This document shows positions 27,301-37,392 of a stretch of 42,236 nt of DNA, piece after piece (within the stretch, counting starts at the first letter, position 1; each line of letters begins with the position of its first letter). The DNA is taken from assembly GCA_002269645.1 (NCBI GenBank), contig NIVC01004551.1:1-42236 (forward strand). Reading direction: 5' to 3'. The notes under the pieces are model-generated. The model was not told the DNA's origin and searched no databases. It saw only the letters and a program-made list of their open reading frames with translations. The translations under genes were made by a program, and so were the position numbers. Source of the DNA: Macrostomum lignano (Eukaryota).

Positions 27301-30300
27301 CGCCCGTCCGCACGCCTGCAATGTTTGGCAGCTGCGACAGCAACAAGAAGCTGCCTGGCCAGTTGCCACCGCTTCCACCGCCCCCGCCGACGTCCATACG
27401 CCGTCGTCAGCTGTGCTGCCCACCGTTTACCTCACGATCGACTTCGTCGTCGTTGCCGTTCGGCCTGACCGACGCGGCGCTGCGACTGACGCCACTGTTC
27501 GCGGATCTGAATCTGGTGGCCTCCGACCTGGCCGCCGGCCTGGTGCTGCTGCGAAGGCAACAGCGCCTTCGGCAACGATCGGAGCTTAGCGTGAGCTTTT
27601 AGGACCCTTCTGTTGCTTTTATAGGGCCTTTGTCGTGGCTTTTGTAGGGCCTAAGTTTTGGTTTTTATATAGCCTTCATAGTTGCTCTCAGACGTCAAAC
27701 TTTTATTGCGCCAAGGATAAGAGGCTTGAAAATGAAGTCTAAGTAAGATTTTCTAAAAAATTTAGTATTGCTTTGTCGCCAGGTATTATGAGTAATTTGT
27801 TTGTACTTTTAATCCTCCGTCCGAACCTAGGAGGGCTCCAAGCGCGTGCTGGACTACATGTCCGGCCGGCCTATCTACTCGGCCACGCGATTCTTCAACT
27901 TGGCCAATCCGACCGACAGAATCGAAATTGAATTGGCTTTGTACTGCGCCAAGCTAATACTGGTTGCCGAAGCCTGTTGTTGTCATGGCAACCGTAGCGT
28001 CACCGGCGCAGTTCGGCACAGTTTAAATCGACAAGGCGTTAGCGACGCCCGCTTTCGGTTAACCTACGCCAGCCGCAATTGTTTTGCCGGCTACGACGCT
28101 TTCACGCGGAATATTTTTGTAGTTGTAGCGCCAAGCGTTACTGTCGCTTCGTCTACTACTACTAGCGCTAGTAGTACGCTGAGGATGCCTTCAATGAGCG
28201 AGCTGGAGAGCGGAGTTGCGCCGATACCGCTTCCGGCCGGCGTTGATGGCGGCGCCGAGTGGCTGGGCCACGCGGGGTCAATTGGCGCCGCTATTCAACT
28301 AGGCGCCGAATTGGCGCGCCATCGCGTACTGGAGACTGCGGCGGCTGCTGCCGGCGATGTAAACGTTGAGTCGAGCTTCGTTGAAGTGATGCTCACCGGT
28401 CATGGCGTTGGCGGCGGCGCCGCGGTCATACTCACTTTGATGGCGCTGGCGCGCGGCGAGGCTTGGGCCAGCCGATCGCGCGTAACGGCTCTGGCGCCGC
28501 CCGGTGGTTTACTCGGCCGGGAGGCGGCCACGCTAGCCAGACGGTTCTCTACCGCCGTTGTCATCGGACGGGATGCCGTCGCTCGACTGGGTTTGGCGCA
28601 GGTTGCGACGCTGCGTCGTAGAATGGTGCGGCTTCTGAATGGCTGCCGAGCGCACCGGTGGAGCGTCATTGGCGGACATTGGCTTGGTAAGGATCTCACT
28701 GATCAGGGAGTGAGTTGGGCGTGTCCGAGTCATCAGGGAGGAAGGTGGGCGTGTCCGAGTCATCAGGGAGGGAGGTGGGCGTGTCCGAGTCATCAGGGAG
28801 TGAGGTGGGCGTGTCCGAGTCATCAGGGAGTGAGGTGGGCGTGTCCGAGTCATCAGGGAGGGAGGTGGGCGTGTCCGAGTCATCAGGGAGTGAGGTGGGC
28901 GTGTCCGAGTCATCAGGGAGTGAGGTGGGCGTGTCCGAGTCATCAGGGAGGGAGGTGGGCGTGTCCGAGTCATCAGGGAGTGAGGTGGGCGTGTCCGAGT
29001 CATCAGGGAGTGAGGTGGGCGTGTCCGAGTCATCAGGGAGTGAGGTGGGCGTGTCCGAGTCATCAGGGAGTGAGGTGGGCGTGTCCGAGTCATCAGGGAG
29101 TGAGGTGGGCGTGTCCGAGTCTCCAGGGTGGGAGGTGGGTGTGTCCGAGTCATCAGGGAGTGAGGTGGGCGTGTCCGAGTCGTTGGGTGAGGTGGGTGCG
29201 TCCGAGTCTCCAGGGTGGGAGGTGGGTGTGTCCGAGTCATCAGGGAGTGAAGTGGGCGGTTTTCTCCTATAAATTTCAGCCAGCCGCCGTTTGTCTCTCT
29301 GCTGTTGCAATAGCCGTCACAAGCAACTGCAAGAGTCAGAGGATACCCTGAATGCGTCGCCTGGAGACGAGTTGGCCGACACCAACGCCGCAATGTCGTC
29401 ATCCGACTCGGCGTCGCCGAGGACGTATCCGGCTCTGCAGTTGCCAGGCCGGGTACTGCACGTAGTCCGTGCTCGAAATACCGACGGCAAGCCGGTGTTT
29501 CACGCTTTGAAAGCCGACGGCACCGATTTTGACGAGGCAAGTTAAAATTATTCAATACTAATTAGGTGACGAGGCTTTTCAGCCTGAAGAGACTCTTATA
29601 GTTGCTCATGCCGTTTACCCATTTCTACAGATACTCGCCTCTCCGTCTATGCTGCGCGATCACTCGCTTGGCTACGCCCAGTTCGCCTTGGCCGCCGTCC
29701 TCTCCGACTACGACAGATTGCAGCCGTCGCCGCGCGGCTCTCCAGGCACACTTCGTCCAGCGGCGCAAAGTTTCGCTGCTGCTGCGACCTCGATCGAACG
29801 ACGCCTAGGGATTCAGACAGACTGCGGGGCCGGCAGCGAGACAGAGGACAAAAGAAGTTATTCAATTGTTCAGCAAAACAATTTGGCTTCGTCGCCGTCT
29901 CAAATGTCGGTAGAGTCGGATATTGATAGTGACCTTCTTTCTTCGTCGATTATGGGTGCGCCGATCGATTCCAACGGCGCCGCCGCAGGTGACAAAATGA
30001 TCATCAGCTCGACAGCCGAACCGGCGGCAGCTTCGGCCTCCGCCCTGCTGTCGATGATGTCGCATTCGCACACTGTGCCAGCCTCCGTGCTTCGAAATTT
30101 CGGCTTGCCACCGTCAGCGTCCAGTATGCCGTATTCGAACGGCCAGGCGCCCATAGCAACGCCCGAATCCTTATCTTTAGCATCGGTGGCTTCCTCATCT
30201 CTGTCTGAGTTAAGCAGCTCCGGCGGCGGCTACCGGCGCTCCAGCGCGGCGCCCGCTCCCGCCAACCGGCCCCTGTCGGACCTGTTCGGCTACTGCTACT

Positions 30301-30854
30301 ACCTGTTCCCGGATGAGGAAGCCGGTCGCCGGCGTCCGTTCGACGATATTTTGCCCAGGCCGCGAGTTAATTTCGCGTGCATTGCGGCTGCAATGTCCAA
30401 TTCAACAGGTCCGTCTGTGCCAGTTGCTAGGGGCGATCTTAACAACCGGTCGTCTGTAGGCAATTATTCAACATCGTCATCGTGCGAGACCATCACCGAC
30501 TGCGTTGTAGCCGACTCAGAGGCTCCTGTCGCTGTTGCTGTTGCCTGCAGAGTCGATACTAAAGAGGACGATGACGGAAATCTCGACGATTCGGCTAGCG
30601 TGCGGAGCAGCGACTTAGAATCGGCCGAGCGGACACCCAGACTGCTGCGCTCCGGTGTTAATCTTCGCTTACTATCCGTAGATGATGCTGAAGATGAAGA
30701 GGACAACAATAATTATACGGCGGATTCTAGTGATGAAGATGGCAATGATAGCGACAATGAGGAGGGCCGGCTCTACATGACAATGGATAGCGACGCGTCC
30801 GGGGTTAGCATTCAGACTGTAATAGCCGGGACTCGCGGAGGAGACTATGTCTGA
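13016..30854 (+). CDS. DAGLA: Diacylglycerol lipase alpha-like 4-TM lipase-3 protein, predicted catalytically inactive; exons 13016-13110, 17385-17767, 23511-23663, 26944-27133, 27332-27590, 27831-28686, 29280-29536, 29631-30854 (3417 nt, ~1138 aa)
   Basis: Phases all compatible. Motifs match DAGL: [21 protein letters not shown] (cf. MPGIVVFRRRWSVGSDDLVLP), [80 protein letters not shown]; long Ser/acidic tail as in the alpha type. Exon 6 acceptor (27332) is the least certain. Confidence 0.88.
13285..13795. repeat. GA-rich array with 19-bp core (GAAATGAGAGAGGAGAGAA), DAGL intron 1
   Basis: Period 19 (13391 to 13410). Confidence 0.93.
14521..15135. repeat. CT-rich low-complexity polypyrimidine tract, DAGL intron 1
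   Basis: Almost only C and T, no fixed period. Confidence 0.93.
16085..16460. repeat. 21-bp minisatellite (GTTGAATGATTGGAGTGCTAA), ~18 copies, DAGL intron 1
   Basis: Period 21 read directly. Confidence 0.93.
17770..18345. repeat. 20-bp minisatellite (GTGTCTCTTCTGTCTCCCGT) grading into two related units, starting at the DAGL exon 2 donor
   Basis: Period 20; first copy overlaps gtgagt at 17768. Confidence 0.95.
18930..19660. repeat. Degenerate ~23-bp C-rich minisatellite (CCTACCCCTTCACACCCTCTTTC), DAGL intron 2
   Basis: Recurrent CCTTCACACCCT core with variable spacing. Confidence 0.85.
20277..21434. repeat. (TCTG)n microsatellite with recurrent TTAGTG interruptions, DAGL intron 2
   Basis: Direct reading. 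Confidence 0.97.
21500..23480 (-). mobile_element. Possible degenerate LINE ORF2 5' region (APE endonuclease plus linker) split by a tandem array
   Basis: Minus translation [14 protein letters not shown]...[16 protein letters not shown]...GYGRG...LVQHGMRY...LSSIY resembles APE blocks; [11 protein letters not shown] beyond the array resembles the post-APE linker. Many stops and frameshifts; recognised from memory only. Confidence 0.3.
21995..22870. repeat. Purine-rich 20/22-bp minisatellite (GAGAGAGTAGAGGATAGGGT, with or without AG), often alternating, DAGL intron 2
   Basis: Direct reading. Confidence 0.96.
23785..26780. repeat. 29-bp minisatellite (GAGATAGACACTGAGAGTGAGAAGAGGGT), ~100 copies, filling DAGL intron 3
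   Basis: Period 29; explains the three ~1000-aa minus-strand ORFs. Confidence 0.98.
27219..27242. repeat. Short (ACAG)n tract in DAGL intron 4
   Basis: Direct reading; reverse orientation of the TCTG arrays. Confidence 0.85.
28702..29262. repeat. 30-bp minisatellite (GAGTCATCAGGGAGTGAGGTGGGCGTGTCC), ~18 copies, filling DAGL intron 6
   Basis: Period 30; bounded by donor g|gtaagg (28687) and acceptor tttcag| (29279). Confidence 0.96.
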
Positions 30855-31087
30855 GCCTCCGGGGCAATTTATGAATTTGAGTACTGCTGTAAATCAAGGC
30901 TGCAGAAGTCGATTTTAACGACTCAAACGACTGCAATGCGACGGAGAGGCGACTGTTAGCGCTTAACTTTCTACTAACTCAAGTAGACCAAATAGAGCTG
31001 TAGTAAATGCGAGATGCAATTCTGCAGCGACTCCAGCACGCCTCAGATACGAGTCTACGGCCCCAGAGTCTTTTCAGAGTCGCAGAC

Positions 31088-31093
31088 AATAAA
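31088..31093 (+). terminator. Candidate DAGL polyadenylation signal AATAAA
   Basis: ~235 nt after the stop, followed by T-rich sequence. Confidence 0.4.
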
Positions 31094-31216
31094 ACTCCTC
31101 AAATTTACTTTTTGGCGACTCTTTGATGACTTGTACCGTGACATCTTGTCGTTTTAGAGTCGTCTAGTGTCACTTCTTTCCTATTTTACCTGTGTTTCCT
31201 GCACAGTGCTACCTGG

Positions 31217-31527
31217 GGGTTGTAGCCTGGTGGTTAGAGCGTCGGACTCATGACTGGAAGGTCCGGGTTCGATTCTCGACCGACTCGAAACAATTTGTGT
31301 CATTGAGCAAGAAGACGCTTAACTCTGCATTGCTTCAGTTCACCCAGCTGTAAAATGGGTGCCAGCATTAGCTGGGGCAATTGAGGGTGTGTGTGTGTGT
31401 CGACCCCCCAGTCCCCTCACACACACACACCCAGCCCCCCAGTCGGTTGCACATCTGCCTCATCGCTGCGCATCTGAAGGGGAGGTGTAATCAATTTATG
31501 GCAGGTGTAATCAATTATTATTATTAT
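31217..31527 (+). mobile_element. tRNA-derived SINE with CORE-like domain and (ATT)n tail
   Basis: A box TAGCCTGGTGGTTAG, B box GGTTCGATTC, then TGTGTCATTGAGCAAG...CTTAAC...CAGCTGTAAAATGGG (cf. MIR/CORE CCTTGGGCAAGTCACTTAAC...CTGTAAAATGGG); TACCTGG on both sides (31210-31216, 31528-31534). Confidence 0.85.
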
Positions 31528-32160
31528 TACCTGGACGACTGGAGCGACGCAAGTGACTCCGAGACGCTTCTTGGCCGGAGTACCGTTTTCATGGGGAAAG
31601 GTCATGCCCGTTAGGATTAATTACGAGCTAAGAGACATAGGATTTCCGTATTCAAATTCCTCCAATGCGGGCCAAAAGTTGGTTTGCGCATTTGTTTTGT
31701 CTTATTGACTACCTGAACGTACCTGACGTGCGCTGTTTAACCGTGTTTTCTATGCTCGTTTCAAATTAGGACCTATTACAAAGAATTTTAAAGTGCAATT
31801 GAATATCGCACGTATTACAATATATCCTATATACTAAAAATGAGTTGTCTGTATGTGGGTAGGTAGGTAGGTATGCGATAGATTTCAGATTTCAGTTTTA
31901 TGTTTTGGCGCCATGAGTACACACGCTTTGTACTGTTGTTACGTAATCTCACGCTAAATATATTGTCTGATCATGATGGATTAGTATGCATAGTCTGCCT
32001 ATTGAGCCTTTATTTTATATTATTGACCTTTTATGCACGTTGGGTATGGAATTAAAAAGAAAGTTTATTATGACTTTCTATTGTGTCCATCGTAGAAGTT
32101 CGATTTGCTGTAGTCGAGCACAAATATTTGGCAGCATCAAATTCGAATCCTATAAGTATT

Positions 32161-32644
32161 GGCACCCTGCCTAATTGATCTGGGCACCCTGTCTAACTGA
32201 TCTGGGCACCCTGTCTAATTGATCTGGGCACCCTGTCTAATTGATCTGGGCACCCTGTCTAACTGATCTGGGCACCCTGTCTAATTGATCTGGGCACCCT
32301 GTCTAACTGATCTGGGCACCCTGTCTAATTGATCTGGGCACCCTGTCTAATTGATCTGGGCACCCTGTCTAACTGATCTGGGCACCCTGTCTAATTGATC
32401 TGGGCACCCTGTCTAATTGATCTGGGCACCCCGTCTAACTGATCTGGGTACCCTGTCTAACTGATCTGGGCACCCTGTCTAACTGATCTGGGCACCCTGT
32501 CTAACTGATCTGGGTACCCTGTCTAACTGATCTGGGCACCCTGTCTTATTGATCTGGGCACCCTGTCTTATTGATCTGGGAACCTGTCGATTTGATAATT
32601 GATCTGGGCACCCTGTCGATTTGATAATTGATCTGGGCACCCTG
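32161..32644. repeat. 22-bp minisatellite (GGCACCCTGTCTAATTGATCTG), ~22 copies
   Basis: Period 22. Confidence 0.96.
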
Positions 32645-32667
32645 TATGTAGCATACATTGGCTCTAT

Positions 32668-32905
32668 ATCTGACAGATATTGACACCATGTCTAAAAGAT
32701 ATTGGCACCATATCTGACAGATATTGACACCATGTCTAAAAGATATTGGCACCATATCTGACAGATATTGACACCATGTCTAAAAGATATTGGCACCATA
32801 TCTGACAGATATTGACACCATGTCTAAAAGATATTGGCACCATATCTGACAAATATTGACACCATGTCTAAAAGATATTGGCACCATATCTGACAAATAT
32901 TGGCA
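32668..32905. repeat. 44-bp repeat (dimer of two 22-mers), ~5 copies
   Basis: GACACCATGTCTAAAAGATATT + GGCACCATATCTGACAGATATT. Confidence 0.93.
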
Positions 32906-33430
32906 CGATTTCTAACAACTTTTGCTATGCCATTAGTGACATTGTCGTTATCTAACCCCCCTTAAGTGATACCTAACAGACTGCAGATAGCTGACCTGAG
33001 CTTGCCACTGGCATGTCGTCTCCTATAATAATTTTTATTTCCATGCATATCTCTCTATCTTCTATTATTAAATATAATTTTTAATAGAAGTCCAAACTAT
33101 GTGCCTTAAAATCTTATATGATGTAATCTAGTCCTACCGTTTTTTATAGTTTTTTTACCTTGCCTGCACAAATTGTAGAAATTTATGTTTTTATTTTTTG
33201 TTTTGCGATATGTGCTTTCCGTTTTTTCTGTTTATTTTTTCTGCACTTTTATACATCTGTGTTTGTGCTTTGGGCGGAAACATTAGACAATAAAATAAAT
33301 TAAAGCAACTGGAAAATTCTCTAAAGTTCACGTATTAGGCTGTGTGTTATAATCCTTTAATTTCTTTATCTGTAAATCTCTAAATCTCTAAATTCTCTAG
33401 TAAATAATAACATACTTTCGAATACTTGCA

Positions 33431-33441
33431 CCGCCATTTTT
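33431..33441 (+). promoter_or_regulatory. YY1/Pho-like motif CCGCCATTTT upstream of RARS2
   Basis: Matches the CGCCATnTT core common in housekeeping promoters; 107 nt before the ATG. Single motif match only. Confidence 0.35.
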
Positions 33442-33547
33442 GAATTTTCATTCTTATTTTTCTTTAAGAACGACATAAATGTCCTTATTTCTACTGCATG
33501 TAAGCTGAGCGAATATTAGCTCTAAATTAATATCAATTTTACATTGA

Positions 33548-36500
33548 ATGTCGGCGCCGGTAGCCAAGCGCGTCAGCGATGCGGTTTCGGCTGTAATCCG
33601 AGCCGGGCCCGCCTACGGCCTGGCCCAGCCTGTCAGCGTTGAATGGCGCGGTGCGCGATGCCAGCTGCCCCAGCCGGGGCCGCAATCGGCGCCAGTGTTT
33701 GTGGATTTCAGCTCGGTCAATGTGGCCAAACCTTTGCACGCTGGTCATCTTCGAGCCACGGTGTTGGGCAATTTTGTGGTGCAGATTAATAGAGCATTCG
33801 GGCATCGGGTTATTGGGATTAATTATCTGGGCGATTGGGGCAGGCAGTTCGCCCTGCTGCTGGCTGGGATGGAGAGCTTTGGACGGCCTGAGCTGCTTGG
33901 GTCGGAGGATGATCAACAGGTAAGCCTGCTGGATATTGGGGCCTTATGGACTAGCATTATTCTTGAAATAATGCTGGAGACTGATTCCTGATTTATGTCG
34001 GAGACTGGAACCCTTAGCTGATGTCGGAGACTGGAACCCTTAGCTGATCTCGGAGACTGGAACCCTTAGGTGATGTCGGAGACTGGAACCCTTAGCTGAT
34101 GTCGGAGACTGGAACCCTTAGGTGATGGCGGAGACTGGAGCCCTTAGCTGATGTCGCAGATAGTGTCGCCTGCCCCGCACGCGCAGGTGTCAGAGCAGGT
34201 CAGCCGGCTGGCGGTGCAGCACATGCAGTCCGTGTACGCCAGGGCCGGCACCGAACTGCCAGCCGAAGCGGTCGAATCCGCCTACGCCCGTTTAGAATCC
34301 GGCGAGCCGCAAGCTATGCGGCTCTGGCGCTTAGCCAAACGGCACTCACTGGCCGAACTGGACGCCTGCTATCGGCGCCTGTCAGTCAGCTTTGACCGGC
34401 TCGAGTTCGAGTCCGATTATGCCAAGCAGACTGGCAAACTGCTGGCTCTGCTGGATCGGCGCGGCCTGTTAGCTGCGGCGCCGGACGGAGCCAAACTGCT
34501 CCGGCTTGCCGACAGCGCCGACGACGAGGCTGTGGTGCAGAAGCGGGACGGCAGCTCGCTGTACTTTGGCAGAGACCTGCTGGCTGCTCTGGATAGGTGC
34601 GCTTGTTTGTGTTGTAATAACTTTCTAGTAAATTGTTATTGCTGCACATGAGTAAGACTCGCTAAATTCTTCTCATCTCCCTTCTACCTTATCGCCTCCA
34701 GCTCTTTCAGTCTCTCTCCTTCCCCTCACCTCTTCTCCCCTCTCCTTCTCTCCCCTCTCTTCTCCCTCCCCCTCTCCTTCCCTTCCCTCTCTTCTCCCTC
34801 CCCTCTCCTTCTCTCCCCTCTCTTCTCCCTCCCCCTCTCCTTCCCTTCCCCTCTCTTCTCCCCTCTCCTTCCCTCCCCTCTCTTCTCCCTCCCCCTCTCC
34901 TTCCCTTCCCCTCTCTTCTCTTCCTCTCCTTCCCCTCCCCTCTCTTCTCCCCCTCTCCTTCCCTTCCCCTCTCTTCTCTTCCTCTCCTTCCCCTCCCTCT
35001 CTTCTCCCCCTCTCCTTCCCCTCCCCTCTCTTCTCCCCCCTCTCCTTCCCTCCCCCTCTCTTCTCCTCCCAGCTCTTCTCCCTCCTCTCTGTCTCCTTCC
35101 CCTCTCCCCACCTTATCGGCTCCTTTTTCTATTCTGATGAAATAATAAGAGAATAAGAGAAAACGAGCGTATTTAGAAGCGCCCGTATTTAATAGCTACG
35201 ATTCTTTGAAAAGTCTAAGCCTTAGAAAAGTTTCAATAGCCTTAGAAAATCTCTTCTATCCAATGCAGAGCCGACAATCTAGGCTGTGGACGCGCCCACT
35301 ACGTTGTTGAATCGGCCCAGCGGCTGCACTTTGACCGTCTTGGCCGCGCCCTGACCGCCCTGGGCCGTCCGGACCTGGCCAATCCGTCACCCTGGCCGAT
35401 GCACGTCGAATTCGGCCGAGTGGAAGGCATGAGCACCAGGCGGAGCGGCTCCGGCGGAGTGGTACTGCTCCGCAACATACTCGACGTTGGCCAAGCCAGG
35501 ATGCTCGAACGATCGAAAGCGTCGCCAAATCGACGAATCGACGGGTCCGACGCTTCATCGATTGCTGATAGGCTAGCCGCCAGCGTCGTTGCCATGGAGA
35601 TGATGCGAGTGCGCCGGCTGCAGCCGGTTAAGTTCAGCTGGGACAGCGATAATTCGGCTGTTGGCGCTCAGTACTGCCATGCCAGGTGCGATTCAATGAC
35701 TGAGAGAACAGAAGTAGCTTACCTGACGGTCATGGGCCGGGTAGATATGTAGCAGGGTCCCTGAACACCCATTGGATAGCAGTAGCATCAGCCCCTGAAG
35801 ACCCAAGGGATAGCAGTAGCATCAGCCCCTGAAGACCCAAGGGATAGCAGTAGCATCAGCCCCTGAAGACCCAGGGGATAGCAGTAGCATCAGCCCCTGA
35901 AGACCCAAGGGATAGCAGTAGCATCAGCCCCTGAAGACCCAGGGGATAGCAGTAGCATCAGCCCCTGAAGACCCAAGGGATAGCAGTAGCATCAGCCCCT
36001 GAAGACCCAGGGGATAGCAGTAGCATCAGCCCCTGAAGACCCAAGGGATAGCAGTAGCATCAGCCCCTGAAGACCCAAGGGATAGCAGTAGCATCAGCCC
36101 CTGAAGACCCAAGGGATAGCAGTAGCATCAGCCCCTGAAGACCCAAGGGATAGCAGTAGCATCAGCCCTGAAGACCCAAGGGATAGCAGTAGCATCAGCC
36201 CCTGAAGACCCAAGGGATAGCAGTAGCATCAGCCCCTGAAGACCCAAGGGATAGCAGTAGCATCAGCCCCTGAAGACCCAGGGGATAGCAGTAGCATCAG
36301 CCCCTGAAGACCCAGGGGATAGCAGTAGCATCAGCACCTGAAGACCCAGGGGATAGCAGTAGCATCAGCCCCTGAAGACCCAGGGGATAGCAGTAGCATC
36401 AGCACCTGAAGACCCAGGGGATAGCAGTAGCATCAGCCCTGAAGACCCAGGGGATAGCAGTAGCATCAGCACCTGAAGACCCAAGGGATAGCAGTAGCAT

Positions 36501-37158
36501 CAGCCCCTGAAGACCCAAGGGATAGCAGTAGCATCAGCCCCTGAAGACCCGGGGATAGCAGTAGCATCAGCCCTGAAGACCCGGGGGATAGCAGTAGCAT
36601 CAGCCCCTGAAGACCCAGGGGATAGCAGTAGGATCAGCCCTGAAGACCCAAGGGATAGCAGTAGCATCAGCCCCTGAAGACCCGGGGGATAGCAGTAGCA
36701 TCAGCCCCTGAAGACCCGGGGGATAGCAGTAGGATCAGCCCCTGAAGTTCTCTGGTGAGAGAAAAAAGCAACCAGCCCCAAACCCTTGCAGGCTGTGCAG
36801 CCTCGCCAGCAAAGCAGCCAAAGCCGGTATCAGCAGCCCAGACGATGGCAGTAGTATCGATCTGGCATTGAATTTAGCTGGACCCAAGGCTGCTACAGCG
36901 GCTAACGAACTGGCCGAGCAATTGCTAGCCTATCCGGACACGGCTCTAGAAGCCTTTCTAACGTACGAGCCATGCGTATTAGTGGCCTACACTAATAGAT
37001 TGGTGTCGCGCGCAAATGCCTGTCTGCGCGTCCTACCCGTGCTGACATGCGCCAAAGATAGCGGCGCGATTGGCCGATTGGCGCTGTTTAACTCGACCCG
37101 GTCGGTGCTGGCCTCCGCTATGCGACTGCTTGGCTTGACTCCGATGCTTAGCATTTGA
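33548..37158 (+). CDS. RARS2: Mitochondrial-type arginyl-tRNA synthetase; exons 33548-33919, 34187-34596, 35269-35685, 36792-37158 (1566 nt, ~521 aa)
   Basis: VDFSSVNVAKPLHAGHLRAT (HIGH), NYLGDWG, DGSSLYFGRDL, HVEFGRVEGMSTRR (KMSKS equivalent, mito/bacterial type), QYCHARL, C-terminal LRLLGLTP-like end; GT-AG introns with compatible phases. Exact start codon less certain. Confidence 0.92.
33996..34156. repeat. 26-bp minisatellite (GATGTCGGAGACTGGAACCCTTAGCT), ~6 copies, RARS2 intron 1
   Basis: Period 26. Confidence 0.93.
34705..35110. repeat. CT-rich polypyrimidine tract, RARS2 intron 2
   Basis: Direct reading. Confidence 0.92.
35775..36747. repeat. 34-bp minisatellite (GATAGCAGTAGCATCAGCCCCTGAAGACCCAAGG), ~28 copies, RARS2 intron 3
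   Basis: Period 34 (35775 to 35809). Confidence 0.97.
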
Positions 37159-37392
37159 TGCCTTTATTCTGCATATTTCTGCCTATATGTGCTAGTTTTA
37201 CTACTCATTCGACAGGCATTAGTAGTCTATTGACCAGTTTGTCTGTTGATTTTTAGTCTTTGTAGCTGAATTGTTTGCCGAAATCATTTCCATTATAGTA
37301 GAATAATAGTAAATATATGTTCAGTGGATCAGTATTTTTTATTAACAAAATGCCTTCAATCTTTTTGTTTTGCATTGCGGTTTTTACAACAA

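Noticed and set aside
31215-31290. tRNA gene (CAT loop)
   Set aside because: Anticodon and acceptor stems do not pair properly and the sequence continues into a SINE body with TSD.
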